Notes under the pieces: model-generated
Databases searched by the model: none
What the model was told of the DNA's origin: nothing
What the model saw: only the letters and a program-made list of their open reading frames with translations
Position numbers and translations under genes: made by a program
DNA from: Lama glama
Lineage: Eukaryota
Length of the DNA: 64,000 nucleotides
Reading direction: 5' to 3'
NCBI GenBank assembly: GCA_028534125.1
Contig: CM052816.1
Location: 16,742,001-16,806,000, forward strand
Shown: positions 28,690-44,919 of the stretch, one piece after another
How the letters are laid out: each line of letters opens with the position of its first letter
Numbering within the stretch: the stretch's first letter is position 1

Positions 28690-29540
28690 GAACAAAGTGA
28701 AACAAAGGATTTGAATAGACATTTCTCCAAAGAAGGTAAACATAGGGCCAATAAGCACATGAAAAGATGCTCAACATCATTAGTCATCTTGGAAATGCAA
28801 ATCAAAACCACACAACGCCATACTACTTCAATAGCCAGTTTGATGACTATAATCAAAAAGACAGCTAATAACAAGTGCTGGCAAGGATGCAGAAAAAGTG
28901 GAATCCTCATACATCACTGGTGGGATTATAAAATGGTGCAGCTACTTTGGAGTACAGTTTGATGGTGCCTGAAAGGGTTAAACACAGAACTGCCACGTGC
29001 CCCATCAATTCTACTACTAGGTATAACCTCAAAAAACTGAAAACATATGTTCACACAAAAACTTGTACACAAATGTTCCTAGTGGTACTATTCATAATGG
29101 CCCAAAGTAGAAACAACCCAAATGTCCATCAACTGATGAATGGATAAAAAAAAAATGTAGTATATCCATAGAATGGAATATTATTTGGCAATACAAAGGA
29201 ATGAATTATGTGTTATAACACGGAAGAAACTTTAAAATAGTATGCTAAGTGAAAAAGGCCAGTCACAGAAGGCCAAATATCATATGATTCCATTTATACA
29301 ACACATACAAAATAGGCAAATCTATAGAGACAGTAAGTAGATTAGTGGTTACCGAAGCCTAAGGAAAGGCAGGGATGGGGAGTGAGGTTTGTTTTTGTAG
29401 TAATGAAAATGAAATTACATAGTGATGATGACTATGTAACCTTGAGAATATACTAAAAACCTTTAAACTGTACACTTTAAAGGGGTGAGTTTCACGGCAT
29501 ATGAATTACATCTCACTAAATATGTTAGCAAAAAAACAAA
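28690..29540 (+). mobile_element. L1M-type 3' fragment
   Basis: ORF2 C-terminus NRHFSKE...HMKRCSTSLVILEMQIKTT, then 3' UTR and A-tail. Confidence 0.88.
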
Positions 29541-29739
29541 GCAAGACAAGATGAAGAATAATCCTTCATGGCTTGTTTTAGTCTTCCTAGTTAGGCTGGA
29601 GTATTGGAACATGTGACAAAATATAAATGAAGCTCAATAGCTAAAGAAGGGGCACAAACCCATTTCTGCTTCAATTTCCAAGTCCCACACCTCCACTGAG
29701 AGTTTACCTTCAGAAATACACAGGACAATATTTGCTCAC

Positions 29740-29892
29740 CACTGCGTGGTCGGCTTTTCCTGAGCCTGTAACAGTCAAGGCAGACCCCAAATCCACATTT
29801 GCGACAAACCCAATGGATGTTGAACAGAGTTGTTTCACATACATCACACATCTCCCGTACACCACGCACTGCTCGCTTCCATGCCACTTTCT
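29740..29892 (-). CDS. KDM3B: KDM3B exon 11 (zinc finger)
   Basis: 153 nt; [50 protein letters not shown]. Confidence 0.97.
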
Positions 29893-30550
29893 CTGGTGGA
29901 AAAAGGAAGAGGAATATGTTGGCACTGGCCACCCTGAATAATAGCAAAAGATCCCAGATCCACTGATTCTTACTTAAGCATTTTGTCCAGCAATAAAACT
30001 CAAAGATTCATGAGGTTTGTTTTTCTGTAATTTTAAGAGATACAAAATACAGGGAATTTCTAATATTTCTGAACAAGTGACTATGAGCATGAATGCCACA
30101 TGCTGTCACTGAAGATACCATAAAATTTTCAATTTCGGGGAGTTTGGAATAAGAGGATTCTTAAAATACAGGGCATAATTTCATAGTATAATATTCCTTG
30201 GTCTAGAAATAGGGTACAGTATCTCACAAAAATGAAAATATCAAAAATGTCTGAATATCGTGGGTGCTAGGTGTGAAACACGGCAATCAGTAGCACTTCA
30301 TCTATTCACAAATCATAAAGTATAGCTTACTAATAAAAATTAGTTCAAAGCAAACTGAAAATATTCTGTAAATCAAACCCAAATAGGGATCAAAATATAA
30401 ATTATGACAACTATGCTACAAAAATGAGAGGCAATCAAGGAAGGAATTTTTAGTCTGTCAACTGCCAAAGACTAAAAGAATGAGGACGGCTGGATATAGG
30501 TATGGCTTCAGCCACTTAGTTTGCTACAAAAAGAAGTCTTATCAGTCTTA

Positions 30551-30946
<396 letters not shown>

Positions 30947-31289
30947 CTAGGACCTAAAAGATATTAAAAGACACTTAACAGGAATCAGGTTAAGAATTTT
31001 TGCCATATTTGACCAACACAGTATGCACTGTCTGCACTAACAGGAAGGCTTGTTAACAACTAGTAGGTCTGGGTTCTCTAAAAAGCTATCCCCAGAAATG
31101 CCTATCAGTTTCTCCAACCACTTGTTCGACACCAGCACCCACACCACTGAACATGACCAGAGGAAAAATACAGAGCTGTGCTTAGTGTTACACTTGAATT
31201 TCATATCTATTTATGTCAGGTGAGCCCTTGATATTGCCTGGCAGTCACAACAGTCTCCTGGTGTGCTTCCTCTCCTAGATGCCTATTTA

Positions 31290-33069
31290 ATATCTTCTCC
31301 TTTCTTTTCAAACCTCCAATTATTTTCCCCATGAGGACCTTGCTAGGTATTCCACTGAGAGCCAGAAGAGAATTCCAACAAGCTCCCACCACCACACTAC
31401 CATGCCTTCCTGCAACTGTACTCCATCTTATTTTCTGCTACTATGAATGAACTAGGTCCTAGTGAAGACCAATCTCTCCACCTATGCTCCACATCCTATC
31501 CTCTTGCACAGGCATCTCTCCACTAGTTTTCTCTTCTACCTCATCTATTTTCCTCTCTTCCAAATTATTCCCAGTGGTTCAACTTGCTGTCTCAAAAATC
31601 CTCTTAATCCCACCCACACCTACCTCCATCTATCTGTGTTTAAGAAGAAAAGTTTCTTAAGAGTTGTCTGTACTGACAGTCACCAGTTCTTTTCCATTTT
31701 ATTTTCTCTTAATCCACACCAATCAGCCTTTCCTCCACCAATCTACCAAAACTGTTTCTGACAAGGCCACTCCCCCTAGTGAAATCCAGTGGTCATTTTC
31801 AGTCCTTATCTGACTCAATCCAACTGCAGCATTTGCTACAGTTCATTATTCCTCGCTGGGAACACTTTCTTCAGTTGTCTTCCAGGATACCTCACTGGGT
31901 GCTCTTTCTCAGCCTCCTTTACTAGTTCCTCCTCATCTTTCCCATCTCTAAATGCTGGAGAGCTTCCGAACTCAGTTCTTGGACCGCTTCTCTTCTTTAC
32001 CTAGACTCTGACTCCTCAAGTGATCTCAATTAGACTCAGAGCTTCAAATAACTAGTGACATCTACATTTTTATCACCAGCCTGGACTCCTTCCTTCAATT
32101 CTAGAGCTGCCCTTTCAACATCTCTATTAGGAAATATAATAGGCGTCTCTAATTTTACACGCCTATATTAAAATTCCCCATTTTTTTTCCTCCCCAAACC
32201 TGCATTTCCCTGAGAAATCTCCTTACCAGTAAATGGCAATTCCATTCTCTCAGGTTTTAGGCCAGAAGCCATAGAATCATCTTTGATTCCTTTTCTTTCA
32301 TACCTCTCATCTAATCCATCAGAAAATCAAGTAACCCTAACTTCAAAATATACCCTTCAACCACTTCTTATCACCTCTATCAATACCTCCCTATACTAAA
32401 GCCACCATATTTTCTCACCTGGATAATGCCAACAGTCTACTAATTTCTCCTTGCTTTTGCTTCAATATAATCTACTCTCAAGAAGGTAATCACAGTGATC
32501 CTTAGAACACTTACCAGTGTCACTCATCAGCTCAAAACTGCCAGTGACTGCTTGCTTATTCAGCATAAATGTCAAGGCTCTTAAGAGTAGCCCTTTAAAA
32601 TCTTGATCCACCAGTAACTCTTTGAACACAATTCTTTTCCTCTCCGTTTGCTTAGTCTCTTTTACCCACCCTAGCTCCATGAACACACCAGCAATATTCC
32701 AGACTCAGAACAGTTGCTCTTGCTGTATCCTCTATCTGGAATACTTGTCTCCCAGAAAAATGCATGGCTCACTCCCTTAACTCCTTCAGTTCCTTACTCA
32801 AATCTCACTTTCTCAAATCATTCTATTTAAACTATAGTCTCTCTAGCCTCCCCACACTTCAATTCTCTTCCTCTTCTTTATTTTTCTCTTAGTTATTATC
32901 AACTGACATGCCATATATTGACTTTTTTTTTCTTATTTACTATCTGCATCCCCAACAAACCTCCTAAGGGCTAGAATTTGATGGCTTTGTGTACTGCTTA
33001 ATCCTCAATGCTCACAACAATGGCTGGCACACACTAAGAGCTCAATAAACATCTGCTGAATAAATGAAT
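31290..33069 (+). mobile_element. L2 LINE fragment
   Basis: Pyrimidine-rich L2 body ending ctggcacacactaagagctcaataaacatctgctgaataaatgaat. Confidence 0.8.
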
Positions 33070-33662
33070 CCACACTACATGGATAAACCACTTGGATTTC
33101 TTTATTTAAAAAATTGAAAACTCTTGAAAGATTGTTTAGAAGAAATTCCTTTTCTAAGCTGATCAAGCAGAATAAAAGTAACTAAACAGCTGCTGTTTGT
33201 TAAAAAGCAAAGGATATTTCTAGGATTTTCACCACTTATCTCTATTTCAAAGTCACTTCACATTATCTCCTAATCTTACTTCCCCTTCTCTCTAGGGAAC
33301 TCAAGTTACTCTAGCACTGAAGAGGAGTAAGTGGTCGGGTACATCCATAATAGAGAGTGGTGTCCTTCTGCTCACATCGCTGGTTTCAAATGGAACCCAA
33401 GTTAGGAATAACTCAGTGCAGCTCGGGGGTAGTAGTTGAGACTGCTCAATCTCAATTCTCTAAGGACAAAGTCACATATCATTTCACAATCCAAACAACT
33501 AAGTAGATACTCATGGCAGAGTCTTAGCACAGACTCTTGAGAGCAGTGGAGTTAAGGAAAATAAGTAAAAGATGGTGAGAGATGTTCACTGATTCAGAGG
33601 AAGAGTGGGAATTAGACATCACTAATAAAACTGGAAAGGAGAAAAAGAGAGGAGTTTGGTTA

Positions 33663-33896
<234 letters not shown>

Positions 33897-34630
33897 TTAT
33901 GAAAGGTATAAATGAGACTCAATAGCATAATCCTCTTGCAGACAGATACTTATCCTGACCTAAGTCACTTTTCCTTGCACTGTATGGGCATGTGCCCACC
34001 AGGTCCATCCCTGACAGAAAGGGAGTAGAGGGAACAAATTGGCTTCAACTAGGAGCTAAGGACCATGGAGGATTTGTGGTAAGTACCCACATGATAACAA
34101 AACAACTCTGGGCATGGGTAAGAAAACCCCAAAATGGCAGAAGGTAGCCACTTGCCACCAGCCCCTCTAGGGGCTCCAATGGGATACCAAATCCTAACAA
34201 GAATAGCGACTCTTACCATCAGATTCTTAGACACTTGCCCTTACACAACTTGGGACAATAACCTCACACCACAGGACTTAATGACTTTTGGAAGAGATGT
34301 AAAAACCTTATATATGTGAGGTATATATATGAGGGGTGGTTCTCTTTGCTTCATCAAGTCTATGAAAGGCCTCTATGTGAGAATGAAGACTAGTAGTGAG
34401 TAACCCCCCTAAAGTAAATTAAAGAAGAAGGGCCGAAGGGAAGAGAAATACATAAAGAAAGAGTTCGTGACCTTAAATAACAGACTATCAAGGAAGATCA
34501 AGGATCTTCCTTTCTGGGATTATCTTTATACAGGAGAGAGGCCCTCTTATAGTGCTGGTTTAGATCAATCCTGTCTCAAACTGGGTCTGATAAGAGACCA
34601 CTACTGGGCCCTTCTAGCTATGGAATTCTA

Positions 34631-35998
<1,368 letters not shown>

Positions 35999-36939
35999 TT
36001 AGTGATGCTGGCTTCTGCTGACAACCTTATGACATCCTTCTTGGACCTAGGCCAACATTTATTGTGGGTCAATCAACTTTTCTCTCCTATAATTCAAGGA
36101 AAACTGCTCTTTTAACTATTATTTCATGTATGAGGGAAGAAAACTGACCAAACAGAGGGAATCTTTAGCAAGATGAGCTAGAGATGGCAGGATGAATGAC
36201 ATATTACCACTCCCTTGGTTGTTAGCCAGTTGGTTGTGAGAGCACTAGGAGGCTGTGTAGGCTTCTAAGTATCTATTTAGAAATGAAGACTTTGCCAGAA
36301 TCTGCAGAAAAGAGTTCCTGAACAGACATTAGCTTTTACTTTGAAATAGTGAAGTATCACTAGTTACTAATCTACCTCAGTGACTTGAGGGGCTATGGAT
36401 TAAGTTTTGATTTATTTAAGCCACTGCAAATTGTCCATCTTACAGAAGTGACTTCAACTCCAAGACAAGCCTACTGTACATTAAGGAAAAGTATTTTCTT
36501 TATCAGTCTGAAACTCGCCAAGTTGGACCCTTTCGGAATTTGGCCATCTACTTATAGGTCCAAATCAACCTAAAAGTTAAGTTATCTGTTTCAATTAATG
36601 TTAGACCTAAAGGTGCTAAGTTAAAGAAGGTACACTGGTTACTGAACTCTTTTCTTATCATTAGGAATCTAACAAGTCTCCAAAGTGCAAAAGAGTAGAT
36701 ACTGATATACCCACCAAACAAAAGCATTCAGCATAACAAATTGGAGAATGAAAAAACTTTCTTCTTTTAACCTTAAAAATGTTAACTTCAGCATTTGAAT
36801 AAAGGATGTGTACGTAAAGAAGGGTAGGATCACTTTCATATGGTATATCACATACCCCTATATGTATACAGAGAAACATCCATAGGTAGGTACAAGCCCT
36901 TATGTGATACTTACAACCACTTTAAAATATTGGAAATAA

Positions 36940-37200
36940 AAATTATGCCAAGACTGCTTAAGATGGATATGGAGTTTCTTTTCGGGGTGATGAAAATTTC
37001 TGTAACTAGATAGTGGTGATGGTTGCACAAAACTGTGGATATATAGTATAAATGCCATAGTACTGTAACTTCAAATGTTTAAAATGGTAAATTTTATGTT
37101 ATGCGTTACTTTACAATTTAAAAAAATTTATGCCAAATAAATGAAAGGGCTATTGTTAAAAAAAAGGGGGGGACGGGAGTTTCAGTTTATCTAAGGCATT

Positions 37201-37247
<47 letters not shown>

Positions 37248-37820
37248 TTATTGAAGTACCATCAGTCACAATGTGTCCATTTCTGGTGTACAGCACAATG
37301 TCCCAGTCATGCATATACATACACATATTCATTTTCATATCTTTTTCATTAAAGGTTATTACAAGATATTGAACATAGTTCCCTGTGCTATACAGCAGAA
37401 ACTTTTTTAGAAAATCTATTTTTTTGTTGTTGTTGTTATCAATCGTAGGCAACTCTTTTTTAAAATTTTTATTCTTCTATTTTTTTTAATTTAAAAAATT
37501 CAAAAAAATTTTTTATTGAACTACAGTCAATTACAGTGTGTCAATTCCTGGTGTACAGCATAATGTCCCAGTCTTGCATATACATACATATATTCATTTT
37601 CATATTTTTTTCCATTAAAGGTTATTACAAGATAGTGAGCATAGTTCCCTGTGCTATACAAAAGAAACTATTTTTTAAAATCTGTTTTTATATATAGTGG
37701 CTAACATTTGTAAATCTCAAACTCCCAAATTTATCCCTTCCCACCTCCTTTCCCCATTAATAATAAGATTGTTTACTACATCTGTGAATCCGTTTCTGTT
37801 TTGTAGATGAGTTCATAGTG
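36940..37820. mobile_element. Cluster of L1 3' ends (one + at ~36940-37130; two - at ~37199-37430 and ~37455-37820)
   Basis: (TTTA)n tail; two near-duplicate ttgaa...ctggtgtacagca...gttccctgtgctataca units. Confidence 0.8.
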
Positions 37821-39697
37821 ACTTTAAGGTATTCTTTAAATATGCAAGAGGAATCTACATTTATGACTTTCTCAGAGGGTGGCAAAGAGGTAGAAGAACC
37901 AGGCAGGCCACCTATGGCTAGTCTCCAGCTGACATTTGCTCCAGAGACTGCTTCAGGGCATTTAACAGACAAAAACTTAGTTCATTATTCTTTCTTCCTT
38001 TCCTTCCCACTAACCAGCAACCATTGACTTAAACCTCCTTCAAATAAAAAAGAGGACAGACAGCTATAGCACTGAGGTTCTGCTGTTGTTTCACTGGCAG
38101 GATTTGGCCAGGAGCCTTGACACCTGTATGACTGCAAAGAATGAGCATAAGGATCTCAGGTTTCACTACTAAAGTTACTCTTTAAAAATAAATACGCACA
38201 TGAATGAAAAATAATTTGGATGTTCTTTCATTTTCTTTCAAACAATAAAATTCCAAATCCTTTCCTTATAAAAAAGTGATGACAAACTGATTTCAACCTA
38301 ATATTTAGGGTAAGGGTTTCCTGGAGAATCTGTCCCTATTTCAGGTTTTACATCATAATGGAAACATCCACTTCTGCACTTTTCAATCATATTCCAAGAG
38401 AATATCAAGGCTCACACATTAGCAAAGTAACTAAACTTTTCAAACCCATTTGGAAAAATGCCCTTTGAATCCACATTTCATCTATCTAGCTTTGCTACTC
38501 CAAGAACAACAGCATTTGGGGGAATCTCTTCTTACAGCATGTAATATTTGGTCTATTTTATAATCCCCATTTACAAACACATTGCCTTTGACATGGATTT
38601 GATTTTAACTGATTGGGGCAATATAATGACTTACACATAGTGAAGACCTAGTTGACTTGGGAATGCTGGTAAACTAACAGAGAACAAACCATGAAGAGCA
38701 TGAAATTTGCATTTACAAGCCTTCTCCTCTTTTGCCTCCTTTCCCATCCCTGCACACTAGAGATTAATAAACTGCATTTTCTAGAGAATGGAAGAAGTCA
38801 GATGAAATGTGTATGCCATGTTTTATCCAGCACTGTTATACTTAAAATGATTCCATTTTAGGATGTGAGCTCCTTCAAACTGGGATTTTCAATTCTTTAT
38901 TTATAATATACAGTACTTAGCACACAGTAGTTTCCTATAAATAATTTAAAACATCATTTGGTATTTTATTTGTATTTCATATTCCAGCTTGAGTTAAGAG
39001 CTACTTTGAAAAAATACGACTAGCATCATAAATCACACTTTGGTGATCAAGGTAACAGTCAAAAAACTGTAAGAACTGATTTTTATACTGCTTCAAATTT
39101 GAGTGGGCAGCCAACTTGATGTAAACTTGTATTTAACCAAAGTTCCATTTTAGCAACAATACATGCATTATCAGATAAAGAACATAGTAGACTGGATACT
39201 ACTGTGATTAATTCCATCAATTTTTCCAGGTAAGGCTTTAAAAGATTAAGTTAGGGGGAAAAAAAATTTCATGGTCATATCAAATTATGGAAAGAAGCCC
39301 AGCCTCAAAGGAAAATGTCATAGAAAATGATGAACTGAAAATAGGGGTTGGTAATAGTAGCTTTCACATAGCCTTAATTATAGCGTTCACTGTTACCAAC
39401 ACTGTAATTCATTAACCTCGCCTCTCACAGGCCTGGTGGAGGCTCAACCACTATGTGAATTAAATAGATAACTGAATTAAAAAGATTCCCCACCAGATTT
39501 ATTTTAACAACTCATTAAATTGGGTTGCATAGTAAGTTTTCGATTAGCCCAATTGTTCAGGACTTTTAAGAGCTGATAAAGTTATTAAAATATACACATT
39601 TGCCCAATGAGCAGTAAAGGACTATTCATAATACAATTTAAGCACATCCTAGAAATACTCCTTTCCTATGGCATTTGAAATGCTTTTTAATGTGTTA

Positions 39698-40360
<663 letters not shown>

Positions 40361-43032
40361 CTACAAAACAAAATTCAAAAAAGATTTATTACAAGGGACC
40401 TTCCACCCTGTGAAAACCATAAACCATTAGCTCTTTCCCATCTCTAGAAGCAGACAATCAAAGCAGGTATAGATTGCCAAATTCCAATGCCAGCTCTAAA
40501 ACATCCCCTTTGTTAAAAAGCTCCAATCTTCCTATGATTCAGTTTACAAACACACATATGCAAGATAACGGTTACTAGAGGTTAACTCACTTGGCAAACC
40601 TTCCCGTATATAAAATGCACTACTTCCTCAAATGGACTTTTTTCAGGATTTTAAACATTTGTGGAATTTCTTTTACAAAATAGACTGCTAAAGCTAGGCT
40701 GGGAACTCATTTGCCCCTTGATGAAAAAAAATCTGTTTTAATTTATATTTATCTCCTTGTTTGACAAAAATTGGCATTTCAAATACTGACATATAAAGTC
40801 TCCTATATCCAGAAGTCATTAAAAACTGGTGACAACTTAACAATAGGAAAATCAACATTTATAAGTCTGTGATCCAAGGAAAAGTCAGCCCAACAGGACA
40901 AGTTTGAATTGCTCTCTGGACACTATAAAGACACAATCTCCAGACCTTATTTCAAAGCATTAGACAGAGGAAAGCAAAAACGGCAGGCTACCAAAGACCA
41001 AACAAGCAAATCTTTTTAGCCCTTCCAGTAATTTCAGCCTATCTCATGAAATCTCATTTGTACCTTATTTGAGAGGTCAGACAACCTTAAAAGACACATG
41101 ACTAAAAGGGGCAATTCCTATCTCTGAATAAAATTTCTTTCCCAGAGAAGGACAAGAGGACAGGGGCTTTGGATACAGCTAACATTCTCTCCAGTAACTT
41201 ACATATGGACCATTCTTAGATTCGTATCCCAGAATGAAGCAAGTTTCCTTTTCAGCTTCATTTACATAACTTTCATATAGTTTTATTCAGATAACATGTG
41301 TTAGGATGGCAGTAAGCTAGTGACACACTGTTATTTGGCCATTAATATTTACCAACTTGATTAGTCTACTTTCAGTGCACTTGAATATTTATAGGTTCTT
41401 GGTGTAGATCTGTATCTTTGTTGTAATCATTATACAGCAGTTACAACAGAAACTTCTTCAAATTCTACATTTCTTCTTGCCAGTTCTAGTTTCTTTCTTT
41501 TCCTCTCCTTTTTTTTTTCTGCCTTCATTTCTATCTTTTCTCCATTAATTTCCTTCTGTAACTCTTAACCAAAGCTCAAGATTTATTTCTGTTTCTCCCA
41601 TACTCTTGGTAATATTAATCTAAGTTTCTAAATCTTTCATTCAAGAACTGTCTTTGCTAAGAACTGCTTTCATTTGATCCTTCTAAAACCTTTCAATCCT
41701 TTCTTCAACCTCTATCATCACCTGGTTTTCAGTGTTATGAACTATAGAAGAACGATCAGTGAAATCTCTTTTTTTTCTTGTTCACTCATTCAATGAGATG
41801 AGATAATCATGGATCTCTAAGAAGGGTTACTGTAAACTTGGCAGAATTGTCAGTTGTACTCCGCTAGATAAGAAAGAAAGTCACATCAAGGCAAAGCTGA
41901 AAAGGGAAGAATAAACATCTATTGCTGTAAACCATATATCTCACCTCTAACTCATCCAGCCAACTTGCAGAGCCTAGCTCACAGCAATCTTCATGAGCAA
42001 CAAGTTATACATATGTCCTACTTATGGTAAGGTATTCACATGTGAGTAGACAGCCTAGGACACAGAGACTAATACTCTCAGCTATATCTGTCCAGCTGAA
42101 CGGTACCTGGCATATAATAGATGCTTAATGAATGAATGAAATGAGGAAGGAAATAAAACAGAAGCAATGCGCCATAATAGTAAAAAGTGTTTTTCAGCCA
42201 TATAAATAGTCAAGAGACTTATATTATTGTGATAATATAATTTGAATTAAAGAGCTATTAAATTTAGCCCTGATTCTTCTTTTCCTACCCTAATCTTGTT
42301 TTATCAAGTCAAAAATGACTGGATAATTCTTCTGAAGAACTATACACTTAGCAAGAGCAGCCAAGAGAGAAATATTACACAGGTGCTAAGAGACTATGTG
42401 AAATATATGGACAGATGGCGGTCTTAGTCAACGTCCTACTGAAGGAAACATACAGGATTCATTGACTGGTTTTGGCACTGATTTATAATGTATCTTTTTA
42501 TGGCTTATGATGATTCTGAATGAACCAAAAGTTGGCTTGGTTCACAGTAATTATGGAGTAATCCACTGTGTGCTGAGCACTGAACTTGGCACCAGTTTGA
42601 TATGATTCTTCTTGGGCTATGGAATTTCAGATTTCCTTGGAGCTCACTACCACCTAATGGAAAGAAAAAGAGGATGTAGCTTCTCCTCCACTTATTACTG
42701 GGTATGTCATAAATATTACTACTGCTTATTACACTTTTAACTGTCTACTGTATCTTTCAAATATACCTGTCCCGAAAAGATGTAAGAAGAAATAGTTAGG
42801 CCATGGATTTTAAAACAGCCAGGCAGCATTGCCATGATGAAAAGGGTCAAAGACTAGGTCTCTTTCTTGAGATTATACTCCCTTAACTAGGTAAGATTGT
42901 GGAGAGCAAAAAATGTACAGTGGCCAGAGCTGAAACCCAAAGGGTATCCATGGATAACACACATATAAGGAATGTATATAAGAAGATAATGCAAGCTCAT
43001 GAGTCTGCTCTGGACTCAGTCCATAACTATAC

Positions 43033-43107
43033 CTCGTTCTGAGGCGTTGAATTATCCACCAGCATCACATGGATCAGTCTGGGATCTACGGACTTGATCT
43101 CACCACT
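43033..43107 (-). CDS. KDM3B: KDM3B exon 6
   Basis: 75 nt; SGEIKSVDPRLIHVMLVDNSTPQNE. Confidence 0.95.
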
Positions 43108-44503
43108 CTACAGTAGGAGCAGGATAAGAGATAGGAGGAAAAATAAAAAAAAGGGGGGGAAGATTTAATGCCTTGTTCATAAATAATTATGTATTTTTCT
43201 AATAAATGTAATTATCTCTATTTGTTTCTATTCCCCTACTAGAATGAAAGCTTCATGAGAGCAGGGGTGGCTACTATTTCATTCACTGCCAGGATAACAA
43301 CAACTGAAACAAGGTATAAAATATGGTAAGCCCTCAAAATACTTGTTAAAACAAATGGATAAAATAATTGAGTTCAATTCTCAAGTGTCTCTTATAGGGA
43401 TGCTGATTTCAAATTCTGCATCTCTAAAATCTTCTTACTCTGTAATTCATAAAGAAACAAAAAACTTTCAGAATAATCATTAAAAGCACCACTCTACAAT
43501 AAAAAAATAAAAGCTTTTGGGAGGAGCCAACTTGATGGACATTGTCAGATTTAATGTACGTATCCTCTGACCCAGTAGTTACATACTTAGGAATTTATTC
43601 CAATAAATAATGTAGAACTGTAAAATGATATATGCTCAAAGAAACTTACTGCAGCATTATTTGTATTAGTGAAAATACTGACAATAATTTAAATGTCCAT
43701 CAATTTAAGATTAAATTAGTTATAATACATCCATTCAGTAAATAGTATCCATTTTTAAAAGGATGAGGCAGATTTCTACATATATTTACAAAGAGGTTGA
43801 CAATTTAAAATTTAAAAAGGTAAATTATAGAAGTATATTATTGTATGATCTCATTTGTAAATAAACTGTGATTTATATAGTTATCACATAAATAGACAAT
43901 ATATAAATATTATACAAACACACAGAAGATACTTGGAAGCATATAAAATATACACCAAGCTGTTAATGGTGGTTACCACTGGGGGAGTAATATTTGCCGA
44001 GGGGAAGTTACGGGTTTCAACCTCTGTTTTACATATATGTGCCTCATTTGAAGTTTTAAAATTGAAATTAATTGCATAATTGAATAATCAAAAAATTCAA
44101 GAAAGAAATAACTAAAATCATTTATGCTTACATGTGACTGCTAAGGGCTAGTCTGAAACCAATTCAAGATATCATAAATACATAGTTGTTTGCCTCAAAA
44201 TACTCTTGTTCTTCCTAGACAATTCACCAGGTAGCTCTAGATGCTATGCTTTTCTATTTATTTCATTAGAAACAATTCATTTTTTTCAGCATCTAAGTCA
44301 GAGTGGCATTAGTATTACAGAAGCAAAAGCTAACTGATTATAGATTTTTAAACACTAGCCTTTATGAATATAACTATATAATAATTCCACTTCACATTTG
44401 TAAACTGTTTTATAGATTTCAAAGCACTTTCAAATACATTATCTCAGTTTCCAAAACAGATGCTGTCAGGTCAGGGAGTGGCTACCTCTAATTTACAGAT
44501 GAG

Positions 44504-44630
44504 GGAGGTGGTGGGTATAGCTCAGTGGTAGAGCACATGCTTAGCATGCACAAAGTGCTGCTTTGAATTCTCAGTTCCTCCATTAACAAAATAGTATTAA
44601 TAAAAATTTTTAAAAATAAATAAAAAATAA
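44504..44630 (+). mobile_element. Vic-1-type SINE inserted in a MIR
   Basis: ggtatagctcagtggtagagcacatgcttagcatgcac; perfect 15-bp TSD taatttacagatgag at 44489 and 44631. Confidence 0.88.
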
Positions 44631-44794
44631 TAATTTACAGATGAGAACTCTAAGGTTAAGGTCATATAATCATTAAATGATAAAGCCAGAGATGAAACCC
44701 AAGTCTTCATACATGCAATGAAGTGCTCCCTTTCTCTGCATCACCCTCTTTAAGGGGATGGGTGGACCTCAGACAAAATAACACAAAGCCTCAC

Positions 44795-44919
44795 CTCAGT
44801 TACAGACACCTCCATAAGACGGGTGATGGAGTCTTGATGGCTTACAACACCACAGAGCCAACTTTCTTCTCCCTCTGGCTGATAGACTTTGACCCTGTGA
44901 CCTTGAACACTGTAGGGAC
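44795..44919 (-). CDS. KDM3B: KDM3B exon 5
   Basis: 125 nt; [41 protein letters not shown]. Confidence 0.96.

Noticed and set aside
44504..44585. tRNA-like A/B-box sequences (also at 26184, 49332, 56338, 59665, 63179)
   Set aside because: They have A-rich tails and mostly clear TSDs and lack a clean cloverleaf, so they are SINEs, not tRNA genes.
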